A stretch of DNA of 64,000 bases, taken from Clostridium sp. CAG:567. Lineage in GTDB: Bacteria; Bacillota; Clostridia; TANB77; CAG-508. The notes beneath the pieces are model-generated. The model had not been told where the DNA came from. It did no database searches and was given only the letters and a program-made list of their open reading frames with translations. The translations under genes were made by a program, and so were the position numbers. The DNA lies in NCBI GenBank assembly GCA_000437855.1, contig FR902167.1:339-64338 (forward strand), in the 5' to 3' direction. The stretch's first letter is position 1; the number at the start of each line of letters is the position of its first letter. Below, one piece after another: positions 9,338 through 17,836 of this stretch.

Positions 9338-10195
9338 TTAAATTGGATTTACATGAACTATTGCTTTATAAATATTATCTAAAGAATTTACATCTTTTTC
9401 GAATTTATCGGCTAAGCTATGACTATCAAAAGTAGACATATTTCCATCAACATATATAGTTAAAACTACAATATACCTGTATCCAACAGGTGTAGAAGAA
9501 ATGGCATCTAGTTTTTGAATTTCACTATAATTACGAGATAAATTTAAAATTATGTCTTTGGTTTCTGAATCTATAGAAATATCCATTAAAACATTATAAC
9601 TTTCCATAAATATTTTTACACCAGTAAAACAAATCCATACAGAGATTATTATACCAACTATACTATCAAACCAATATATATTTATTAATGTAAATAAGAT
9701 AGAAATTAATGTAAGAGTTGTTACAATACAGTCGTTAAAATGGTCTTTTTTATTAGCTTCTAATAAAATATTATTGTATTTTTTTGCTAATCTTGATGTA
9801 TATAAATAAAGAGATAATTTTACAATAATAGTAGTTATACAAACAGCTACCAAAAGCCAAGAAAAACTTAAATTACTTCCATGAATTAATGTATATATAG
9901 AATCATATAGAAGTTTAAAAGCAATTACAATCATTGAAATTGCAATAAACATAGAAAATAGATATTCTGCTTTTCCATGACCAAAATTGTGATTATCATC
10001 CTCAGGTGTACTTGCAATTTTATTTCCAATAAAAGTCATAAGAGATGCAAATATATCTCCTGCACTGTTGGCTGCATCTGCAATCATAGCTTGGCTCCTA
10101 AAAATAAAACCAACAGTTCCTTTAATTATTAATAAAAATATATTTCCAATTATACCATAAAGTCCAGCTTTCTTGGTTTGTTCAAAACGATCCAT
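9338..10195 (-). CDS. Cation diffusion facilitator (CDF) family transporter
   Basis: Six predicted TM segments, ...DAANSAGDIF... and HNFGHGKAEY motifs, and a C-terminal cytoplasmic domain. Confidence 0.8.
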   Translation of the reverse strand: MDRFEQTKKAGLYGIIGNIFLLIIKGTVGFIFRSQAMIADAANSAGDIFASLMTFIGNKIASTPEDDNHNFGHGKAEYLFSMFIAISMIVIAFKLLYDSIYTLIHGSNLSFSWLLVAVCITTIIVKLSLYLYTSRLAKKYNNILLEANKKDHFNDCIVTTLTLISILFTLINIYWFDSIVGIIISVWICFTGVKIFMESYNVLMDISIDSETKDIILNLSRNYSEIQKLDAISSTPVGYRYIVVLTIYVDGNMSTFDSHSLADKFEKDVNSLDNIYKAIVHVNPI

Positions 10196-10326
10196 AATAC
10201 CATCCTTTTTATTAAATATTTGAAATTTATTATATCATATATTTTTAATTTACAACCTAAAAATATAAAAATCATTTTAAATAATATTGCACAAAAAATT
10301 AAATAATGATACAATGAAAAAAACTT

Positions 10327-10692
10327 ATGAAGAGGAAAAATAAAATGGAAATAATGACATTAATTTATTTACTGGTGTTTATTGTATTTGCATTGGTTGC
10401 TACAGCTGTTTTGCAGATTAGAATGGCAGGAATAAAAGTAAAAGATTTTTGGAGCTTTATTCAGGCAAACCAAATGTTAGACCAGTTATATAAATTTTCT
10501 AAAAGATATAAAATTATGAGTCCACAAGAGCAAATAATATTTTTATCTGAAGCGGAAAAAGTATTTGCTGCTTATGATAAAATTCCATCAATAATATGGG
10601 AAGATGAATATAGAAAGTATTCAGAAGTATTACAAGCATATCAAAATGTTAGAGTAACAAGGTGGAGTGAAGAAAATACAATAAAAAAATGA
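10327..10692 (+). CDS. Hypothetical membrane-anchored protein
   Basis: ORF with one N-terminal TM helix. I recognise no family. Confidence 0.45.
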   Translation: MKRKNKMEIMTLIYLLVFIVFALVATAVLQIRMAGIKVKDFWSFIQANQMLDQLYKFSKRYKIMSPQEQIIFLSEAEKVFAAYDKIPSIIWEDEYRKYSEVLQAYQNVRVTRWSEENTIKK

Positions 10693-10828
10693 TGATTTTA
10701 ATGATTTTAAAGGTAAAGTCAAAAATCATCATTTTTTTGTTTAGAAGTTATCTAATAAGAGTAAATAAAATAGTAAATTTTGCATATAATAAATATAAGA
10801 CTTCATATTAAAGAAAAGGGGAAAAAAT

Positions 10829-11965
10829 ATGAGAACTTTGTATTTTGATCATGCTGCAACTACACCTGTTAGTCGAGAAGTTCTAGAAGAAATGCTTCCA
10901 TATTTTGAAATTCAATATGGAAATGCATCAGCAATGTATTCTATTGGGAGACAATCTAAAAGAGCAATAGAACTTGCAAGAAAAAGAGTAGCAAATGCTA
11001 TAAACGCAAAGCAAAGTGAAATTTATTTTACTTCTTGTGGAAGTGAAAGCGATAATTTAGCTATAAAAGGTATAGCTATTGCTAATAAAGATAAGGGCAA
11101 TCATATAATTACAAGTAAAATAGAACATCATGCTGTATTAAATTCTTGTAAAGCATTAGAAAAAAACGGTTTTAATGTAACATATTTAAATGTTGATGAC
11201 AAAGGCTTTGTGGATATTAATCAACTTTTAAATGCAATAAATAAAAACACAATTTTAATAACTATTATGACAGCCAATAATGAAATAGGAACTATTCAGC
11301 CAATTGAAAAAATAGGTGAAATTGCTAAAGATAAGAATATTATATTTCATACAGATGCTGTTCAGGCAATTGGTAACCTGAAAATAGATGTAGAGAAAAT
11401 GAATATAGATAGTTTATCAATGTCAGGACATAAGTTTTATGCACCAAAAGGAGTAGGAGCATTATATGTAAAAAATGGAGTGAAATTTGAAAAAATTCAA
11501 GATGGAGGACATCAAGAAAAAGATAAAAGAGCAGGTACAGAAAATATAGCAGAAATTGTGGGATTAGGCAAGGCAATTGAAAATATATATTTAAAGTATG
11601 ATAAATATAATAGCCATTTACAAACATTACGAGATTTTTATATAGAACAAATAGAACAAAAAATTCCTGAAGCAAAATTAAATGGAGATAGAAAAAACAG
11701 ACTTCCTGGAAATGCTAATTTTTCGTTTCCAAATATAAATGCTCAACAACTACTTTTAGACTTAGATGAAATTGGAATTTGTGCATCAGCAGGTTCAGCG
11801 TGTAGCACAGGCAATGCACTGCCTTCACATGTTTTAACAGCTATTGGGATTCCAAATTATATGATAGAAGGATCATTACGAACAACATTTGGAAAAGACA
11901 ATACAAAAGAAGAGGTTGAAATTTTAGTAAATAGTATAGAAAAAATGATAAAAAAATATCAATAA
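10829..11965 (+). CDS. Cysteine desulfurase (NifS/IscS class V aminotransferase)
   Basis: LYFDHAATTPV..., the PLP-lysine region SMSGHKFYAPKGVGALYV, and the active-site loop SAGSACS. Confidence 0.85.
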   Translation: MRTLYFDHAATTPVSREVLEEMLPYFEIQYGNASAMYSIGRQSKRAIELARKRVANAINAKQSEIYFTSCGSESDNLAIKGIAIANKDKGNHIITSKIEHHAVLNSCKALEKNGFNVTYLNVDDKGFVDINQLLNAINKNTILITIMTANNEIGTIQPIEKIGEIAKDKNIIFHTDAVQAIGNLKIDVEKMNIDSLSMSGHKFYAPKGVGALYVKNGVKFEKIQDGGHQEKDKRAGTENIAEIVGLGKAIENIYLKYDKYNSHLQTLRDFYIEQIEQKIPEAKLNGDRKNRLPGNANFSFPNINAQQLLLDLDEIGICASAGSACSTGNALPSHVLTAIGIPNYMIEGSLRTTFGKDNTKEEVEILVNSIEKMIKKYQ

Positions 11966-11970
11966 TATAT

Positions 11971-12002
11971 AAAAGATACTAGCTTTTGCTAGTATCTTTT
12001 GA
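11971..12002 (+). terminator. Rho-independent terminator
   Basis: AAAGATACTAGC / GCTAGTATCTTT perfect stem followed by a T-run. Confidence 0.6.
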
Positions 12003-12042
12003 TATAATCAGTTAAACTTATTAGTAAATATAAACTAAAACA

Positions 12043-12267
12043 TTATTTATCTTTTGTGTCTGGAATATATTCTAATAAATCAGAAATTTCACAATTAAAT
12101 ACCTTGCAAATATTATTTAATTGTTGGACATCAATTCGTTTAGTTTCCTCATAATACATTTTTGAAATGGTAGCAGGTCTAATGTGAGTTGCGTCTGCTA
12201 ATGATTTCTGAGTCATTTTATGTTTTCCAAGCAAGTCAGACAATTTTATTTTAATCATGTAATTCAA
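12043..12267 (-). CDS. XRE-family helix-turn-helix transcriptional regulator
   Basis: 74 aa containing ...MTQKSLADATHIRPATISKM..., typical of HTH_3/Cro-C1 proteins. Confidence 0.75.
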   Translation of the reverse strand: MNYMIKIKLSDLLGKHKMTQKSLADATHIRPATISKMYYEETKRIDVQQLNNICKVFNCEISDLLEYIPDTKDK

Positions 12268-12427
12268 CCTCTCTATTATAGTTTAAGGACAAACTTTGTC
12301 TCATTTTGTCGAGTACTTGTATTTTAACATGAGATATATTAAAATTACATATTATAAAAACAACATAACGATAAAAGTAATTAAAACTAATCTTAAAGTA
12401 ATTGAAGCGAAAGAGGTGTGGGTTATA

Positions 12428-12655
12428 ATGTTTAAAGATATTTTAAAAAAAGAAGGACAACTGAAGAGCAACAGAGATTGGAAAGAAAAAAACAAAAGAT
12501 ATTTAGAAAATTTACAAAAATTCTTAGATGCGACAGACAGTATAGCTGATGAATGCTTAAGAAAGCATATTATTATACAAATGCTAAAATGTGATTTAGT
12601 GCTTACTGAAATTGCGGAAAAGGAAATAAAAAAGGCAAAAGAAAATTTAAATTAA
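12428..12655 (+). CDS. Small hypothetical helical protein
   Basis: ATG at 12428 is preceded by AGAGGTG. The longer track ORF from 12296 has no plausible RBS. Confidence 0.4.
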   Translation: MFKDILKKEGQLKSNRDWKEKNKRYLENLQKFLDATDSIADECLRKHIIIQMLKCDLVLTEIAEKEIKKAKENLN

Positions 12656-12697
12656 TTGAAGTATAATTAGATATAAAAAAATACATACTAATATTAA

Positions 12698-13063
12698 ATG
12701 GAAAAGAATTCGAAAAATAATTTTAAAAAAATATTAATTGGGGTTAGTGCAGGAGTTATTAGTGGACTTTTCACTGCAGGAGGAGGACTAATTTTAGTTC
12801 CAGCATTTATGTATATGCTAAAAATGGAACCTAAAAAAGCAAGGTCGACTTCTATATTTTGTATATTACCAATGGTAATAACAACTGCAATAATTTATTC
12901 AAAAAATAATTTGATAAATTGGAAAACCGGTTTATATTGTGCGATAGGTGGAATACTAGGAGGAGCAGTAGGAGCAATACTATTAAATAAGGTGCACGAT
13001 AAATATTTAAAAATTATTTTTGCGATTTTTTTAATTTATGCGAGTTATAATATGCTATTTTAA
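12698..13063 (+). CDS. TSUP (TauE/SafE, DUF81) family half-size membrane protein, part 1
   Basis: A 4-TM unit with GVISGLFTAGGGLILVPAFM and GGILGGAVGA motifs. Confidence 0.7.
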   Translation: MEKNSKNNFKKILIGVSAGVISGLFTAGGGLILVPAFMYMLKMEPKKARSTSIFCILPMVITTAIIYSKNNLINWKTGLYCAIGGILGGAVGAILLNKVHDKYLKIIFAIFLIYASYNMLF

Positions 13064-13081
13064 ATATAAGGATGTATACCA

Positions 13082-13493
13082 ATGATTGAAATACTAATAG
13101 GTTTCATTTCTGGAATTTTTAGTCGGAATGGGAATGGGAGGAGGAACAATATTAATTCTTCTCCTTTCAATTTTTTTAGGGTTAAATCAACATACTGCAC
13201 AAGCAACAAACTTAGTGTTTTTTATTCCTACAGCAGTTACATCAGTTTTTATTGGAATAAAAAATAAAAATATTAATATTAAAGAAAGCTGGATTGTATT
13301 AGTAGCTGGAATTATAGGAACTATTATAAGTGCTAAACTTAGTAGTAAAATGAATGTGGAGCTATTAAGAAAAATGTTTGGTATATTTTTATTAATAATT
13401 GCTATATATGAAATTTATTCTTGGTATAAAACGTATATAAAAAAAGAAAAAGGACATACTAGAAGTAATCAAAAATGTAATATGAAAGGATGA
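13082..13493 (+). CDS. TSUP family half-size membrane protein, part 2. It needs a +1 frame change at CGG 13124-13126.
   Basis: MIEILIGFISGIFS (frame of 13082) continues as GMGMGGGTILILLL... (frame of 13128) if C13124 is skipped. Together they form a canonical TSUP N-terminus. Track ORFs are 13082..13267 and 13128..13493. Confidence 0.65.
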
Positions 13494-13499
13494 GACAAA

Positions 13500-13640
13500 A
13501 TGAAGTTTGTAAAAGGTATGTTAATAGGTGGAATTGTAACTGCTGGTGTTGCAATGATGTATTCTGAGGCAATGGGAGATAACAAAAGAAAAATGATGAA
13601 AAAGGGTAAAAAAATAGCAAAAAGAATGGGAATACTATAA
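13500..13640 (+). CDS. Small membrane protein (46 aa; below the track cutoff)
   Basis: MKFVKGMLIGGIVTAGVAMMYSEAMGDNKRKMMKKGKKIAKRMGIL: one TM helix plus a basic tail. AAGGATGA lies upstream and a terminator follows directly. Confidence 0.4.
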   Translation: MKFVKGMLIGGIVTAGVAMMYSEAMGDNKRKMMKKGKKIAKRMGIL

Positions 13641-13642
13641 TG

Positions 13643-13679
13643 AAAAAAGATGACCTTAAAAATAAGGTCATCTTTTTTA
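13643..13679. terminator. Bidirectional hairpin terminator
   Basis: GATGACCTTA / TAAGGTCATC stem flanked by an A-run and a T-run, between convergent genes. Confidence 0.6.
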
Positions 13680-14123
13680 TCTACATGGTTTATTACAAGG
13701 TTGGTCATTATGATTATCACAATGATCAGGTTTTTCATGACATGGAGGACAATTTAATTCAATACCTTTTAAACATTTTCCTTCGTGTTTACATGAAGTA
13801 CATACTTTACAATGTTTTACTCGGTCAACCCATACTTCAATTTCATATAAACGATTAGCGCATAGAGGTCCAAAAACAAACTCACCATTTTTATCTGTAA
13901 AAGTATGAGAAACAGGTCTTCTTTCTTCTTCTCCATGTTCACAAACAACTTCAACAAGTTTAACTACTGCATCACAAACAGGTTCTTTGTAGCAGTCTTT
14001 AATTATTCCGTAAATTACAGTTCTATTATCTTCTGGTAAATTTATTTCGAGGTCAAATTGTTTTCCAGTAGCCATAACACCGTCCACATTTAAAACTGGG
14101 CATATATTTTTATCAAAATCCAT
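13677..14123 (-). CDS. Cys/His-rich protein with a carboxypeptidase-regulatory-like beta-sandwich region (possible spore-coat component)
   Basis: ...VIYGIIKD...VKLVEVV...TFTDKNGEFVFGPL...YEIEVW resembles a CarboxypepD_reg fold. The tail is HCKVCTSCKHEGKCLKGIELNCPPCHEKPDHCDNHNDQPCNKPC. Confidence 0.45.
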   Translation of the reverse strand: MDFDKNICPVLNVDGVMATGKQFDLEINLPEDNRTVIYGIIKDCYKEPVCDAVVKLVEVVCEHGEEERRPVSHTFTDKNGEFVFGPLCANRLYEIEVWVDRVKHCKVCTSCKHEGKCLKGIELNCPPCHEKPDHCDNHNDQPCNKPCR

Positions 14124-14266
14124 AATTATAATTCCTTCCTTTCTATTTTTAATATATATTATGCAAATTTCGACAAATTGTGTATGAAAGATTATTAATC
14201 AAAAATATGGTAAAAATTTAAATATTGCAGTATAATGTATAAAACAAAAAAGAAGGGAAGGAAATT

Positions 14267-15067
14267 ATGAATAACAATGCAATAGGAGTATTTGACTCAG
14301 GAGTAGGTGGAATGACAGTTTTAAAAGAATTAATGAAAACACTACCTAACGAAAATTTTGTATATTTTGGGGACACAAAAAGATTTCCTTATGGAAGTAA
14401 ATCAAAAGAAAGTATAATAGAACTTACTAAAAACGGAATAGAATTTTTAATAAGTAAAGGTATGAAATTAGTTGTAATTGCATGTGGAACGGCAACAAGT
14501 CAAGCTTTAGAGGAAGTAAAAGATTTATATAATATTCCAATAGTTGGAGTAATAACTCCAACAGTAAATTACATAAAAGAAACAGGAAAAAAACAAATAG
14601 GAGTAATTGCAACTGCGGGAACAATTAGAAGCAAAGGTTGGGAAAATGCAATTATAAATGCAATTGATGATGCAAATGTTCAAAGTATAGCATGCCCATT
14701 ATTAGCACCAATGGTTGAAGAGGGATGGAATGATAATAAAATTGCAGAATTAGCAATAAATGAATATTTACAACCTTTTAATAAAATTGATTTACTTATT
14801 TTAGGATGTACACATTATCCTTTATTAACTAAAGTAATAAGGAAAAAAATAGGAAACAAAGTAGAAATTATAAATATAGGAGAACATGTTGCAAAAGAGA
14901 CAAAAAATATATTATCAGATAGAAATGAAGTTGCACAAAATAAAAAACAAGAACTAGATATATATCTTACAGAAACAGAATGTAAATTTAATGAAGTTGC
15001 AAGTAAATTATTAGGAAAAGAAGTAAAGGCAAAGCAAGTTAAAGAAGAATTAGAATTTTTGAATTAA
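14267..15067 (+). CDS. murI: Glutamate racemase
   Basis: IGVFDSGVGGMTVLKEL, VIACGTAT and LGCTHYPLL catalytic-cysteine motifs. Confidence 0.92.
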   Translation: MNNNAIGVFDSGVGGMTVLKELMKTLPNENFVYFGDTKRFPYGSKSKESIIELTKNGIEFLISKGMKLVVIACGTATSQALEEVKDLYNIPIVGVITPTVNYIKETGKKQIGVIATAGTIRSKGWENAIINAIDDANVQSIACPLLAPMVEEGWNDNKIAELAINEYLQPFNKIDLLILGCTHYPLLTKVIRKKIGNKVEIINIGEHVAKETKNILSDRNEVAQNKKQELDIYLTETECKFNEVASKLLGKEVKAKQVKEELEFLN

Positions 15068-15124
15068 TCATAAAAGAAACAAGCAATGAATATATTGTTA
15101 CTATAAAATTTTGGAGGTAACAAT

Positions 15125-15898
15125 ATGTTCATTGTTTTTAATAGGCAAAAAATATTCTCATATTTAGTTGCATTTTCTACTATAGTAATTCTTTTTGGAA
15201 TAGCATTTTCTGTAACAAATGAAAATGCTGTAATAACATCTTCAACAGTAAGGGAATTACCAATTTATAATGTTAAAACAGATCAGAAAAAAATATCACT
15301 CACAATTAATTGTGCATGGAATGCAGATGACATAGATAAAATATTAAAAACATTGAAAGGTAACGATGTAAAAGCAACTTTTTTTATGGTTGGATCCTGG
15401 GTGGATAAATTTCCAGAAGAGGTAAAAAAGATTGCAAAAGAAGGTCATGAAATTGCAAATCATTCAAATACACATCCACATGTAAATAATTTAAGTGATG
15501 ATGCAAATGTAAAAGAAATAGAAGCAACATCTAGTAAAATAGAAAAACTTACAGGTAATAAAACAATTTTATATAGGGCTCCTTATGGAGAATACAATAA
15601 TATAGTTATCCGTGCTGCCAAATCAGCTAGTCATGTACCAATACAATGGAATGTAGATACATTAGATTATACAGGAATTACAGGAGAAGAAATGTGGAGG
15701 AAAATAGAAAATAAATTAGACAGTGGAAGTATTATTCTAATGCATAATGGAACAACACATACCGCAGATAGTTTAGAAATGATAATAAACAATATAAAAA
15801 ATAAAGGTTATGAATTAGTTAAAGTATCAGATTTAATATATAAAGATAACTATGTAATTGATAATAATGGTACACAAATATATAAGTCAAATAACTGA
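15125..15898 (+). CDS. Polysaccharide deacetylase family protein (PdaB-like, sporulation-type)
   Basis: N-terminal TM helix and a NodB domain: ISLTINCAWN, ATFFMVG, HEIANHSNTHPH, LYRAPYGE, IILMHN. Confidence 0.75.
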   Translation: MFIVFNRQKIFSYLVAFSTIVILFGIAFSVTNENAVITSSTVRELPIYNVKTDQKKISLTINCAWNADDIDKILKTLKGNDVKATFFMVGSWVDKFPEEVKKIAKEGHEIANHSNTHPHVNNLSDDANVKEIEATSSKIEKLTGNKTILYRAPYGEYNNIVIRAAKSASHVPIQWNVDTLDYTGITGEEMWRKIENKLDSGSIILMHNGTTHTADSLEMIINNIKNKGYELVKVSDLIYKDNYVIDNNGTQIYKSNN

Positions 15899-16067
15899 AG
15901 AAATATATGATAAATAGTGTAAAAATAAAATAAAAGAAAAAAATAACATTTTATGTAGACAAAACCAAAAAAACGTAGTATAATAGAAAATGTGACTAGT
16001 TGTTAGTCTAAATTTTACGGATTATGAATAAACTAATTTAAGAAACAAATGTAGGGAGGAAATTAAA

Positions 16068-16769
16068 TTGAATACAAATTATGAAGATAATAACCATTTA
16101 AGATTGGTTGGAAAGGTAACAAGTGAAAAAAGATTTAGTCATGAAATTTATGGAGAAAAATTTTACATATTTGACCTAAGTGTAGCACGTTTAAGCGGAA
16201 ATGCAGATATTATTCCAGTAACAATTTCAGAAAGATTATTAACAAATCAAGATTTGGCTATAGGAACTAACTTACAAATAGACGGACAATTTAGATCATA
16301 TAACAGCTATGACAATGAGAAAAATAGATTAATATTAACTGTATTTGTAAAAGACATTCAATTCCTAGAAGAAAATGAAGAAGACGAAGAAGCAAGAAGA
16401 GAAAATGTTTCAAATGAAGTTATACTAGATGGTTATATTTGTAAAAAACCAATTTATAGAAAAACACCATTTGGAAGAGAAATTTCAGACATTTTATTAG
16501 CAGTTAATAGAGCATATAATAAATCAGACTACATTCCATGTATTGCATGGGGAAGAAATGCTAGATTCTGTGAAAATGTTGCAGTAGGAACAGAAGTAAG
16601 AATAATAGGTAGAGTTCAATCAAGAGAATATGAAAAGAAATATGAAGATGGAACTGTAGAAAAAAGAGTTGCTTATGAAGTTTCTGTATCTAGCTTAGAA
16701 ATTGCAAATCAAGATGGAAATGAAGAAGAAGAAAAAGAAGAAAAAGAAGAAAACAAAGAAGCTATATAA
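16068..16769 (+). CDS. SSB-like protein with two OB-fold-like repeats and an acidic tail
   Basis: Two repeats (LRLVGKVTSE...IDGQFRSY and VILDGYICK...IIGRVQSREY) and a C-terminal EEEEKEEKEENKE tail. Confidence 0.4.
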   Translation: MNTNYEDNNHLRLVGKVTSEKRFSHEIYGEKFYIFDLSVARLSGNADIIPVTISERLLTNQDLAIGTNLQIDGQFRSYNSYDNEKNRLILTVFVKDIQFLEENEEDEEARRENVSNEVILDGYICKKPIYRKTPFGREISDILLAVNRAYNKSDYIPCIAWGRNARFCENVAVGTEVRIIGRVQSREYEKKYEDGTVEKRVAYEVSVSSLEIANQDGNEEEEKEEKEENKEAI

Positions 16770-16771
16770 AT

Positions 16772-16806
16772 AAAAAATAGAGTATTTATCAATACTCTAT
16801 TTTTTT
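16772..16806. terminator. Bidirectional hairpin terminator
   Basis: ATAGAGTATT / AATACTCTAT stem between an A-run and a T-run. Confidence 0.6.
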
Positions 16807-17023
16807 ACTCTGTTGTGTCAGCTTTATTAACAGTGTCTTTTACTTCTGGAACTATCACTTCACGAGTGTCTTTTGGCTTTGGTTTTTCAACTTCAATATG
16901 ATCATAAACAGGAGAGATGTTTAAATCTCCATCTCCTGTAATAACTTCTATTTTTTTCTGTTCATTGTTTTCATCAATATTTTCATCTTTTAAAATATTT
17001 TTATTTTCTTCCATAAGAATCAC
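16805..17023 (-). CDS. Small acidic hypothetical protein
   Basis: 72-aa ORF rich in E/D/K. I recognise no family. Confidence 0.35.
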   Translation of the reverse strand: MILMEENKNILKDENIDENNEQKKIEVITGDGDLNISPVYDHIEVEKPKPKDTREVIVPEVKDTVNKADTTE

Positions 17024-17177
17024 CTCAAACTATAATTATATTAGCATAATAAAAAAATAATGTCAATAAAATTAAAACGATATTAAGAAATGTTAATCTT
17101 TCTTGACATAATGCGTAATTCGTGTGATAATATATAATAGTTTTTAAAATAAAAATAAAAGGAATTTGTAGAGATAA

Positions 17178-17807
17178 ATGGAAATAAATAAATCAAAAGG
17201 AGTAATTGAATCAATACTTTTTTCAGCTGGCAGAGAAGTTAAAATAACAGAACTTATGTCAGCATTAGAGGCTAGTTCAGAAGAAATAATTACTGTAGTA
17301 GAAAGTATGAAAGAAGATTATAAAAATGAAGAAAGAGGCTTACAAATTATAAATGTTGGCGAAGCTTATCAGTTATGCACAAAACAAGAATATTATGAGT
17401 ATTTGTATAGCATATTTGATAAAAGAAATAAACCAAATTTATCACAAGCTGCAATAGAAACTCTTGCAATTATCGCGTATAATCCTAAAATTACAAGAGC
17501 CGAAATTGAGGCAATTCGTGGTGTGAATTCAGATGGAACAATATATAAGTTACTTGATTACAATCTGATAGAAGAAACAGGAAAACTAGATGCACCAGGA
17601 AAACCAGGAACTTATGGAGTTACATCAGAATTCTTAAGAGTATTTGGTTTTGGAAACTTAAATGAACTTCCAGATTTACCAAGATATAAATTAGATGAGA
17701 ATCAACAAATTGTAATTGATGATATTATTGAAGAAAAAGAAGAACAAGGTACTGAAGAATTAAATGAGGCTCCAATGCCCGAAAGGGAAACAAGTAAAGA
17801 AGACTAA
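17178..17807 (+). CDS. scpB: Segregation and condensation protein B
   Basis: IESILFSAGREV..., SQAAIETLAIIAYNPKITRAEIEAIRGV and the following winged-helix repeats. Confidence 0.88.
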   Translation: MEINKSKGVIESILFSAGREVKITELMSALEASSEEIITVVESMKEDYKNEERGLQIINVGEAYQLCTKQEYYEYLYSIFDKRNKPNLSQAAIETLAIIAYNPKITRAEIEAIRGVNSDGTIYKLLDYNLIEETGKLDAPGKPGTYGVTSEFLRVFGFGNLNELPDLPRYKLDENQQIVIDDIIEEKEEQGTEELNEAPMPERETSKED

Positions 17808-17836
17808 AAAACTAAAAATAGAAAGGATAGAAAAAA

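Noticed and set aside
13082-13267. 61-aa ORF as an independent small gene.
   Set aside because: Only its first 14 codons look protein-like (a TSUP N-terminus). The remainder (RNGNGRRNNINSSPF...) is an out-of-frame reading of the TSUP gene.
17808-17836. T-box leaders upstream of proS (17808-17836) and aspS (21028-21104).
   Set aside because: The intergenic spaces are only about 30 and 70-80 nt, far too short for a T-box, and I saw no AGGGUGGNACCGCG-like sequence.
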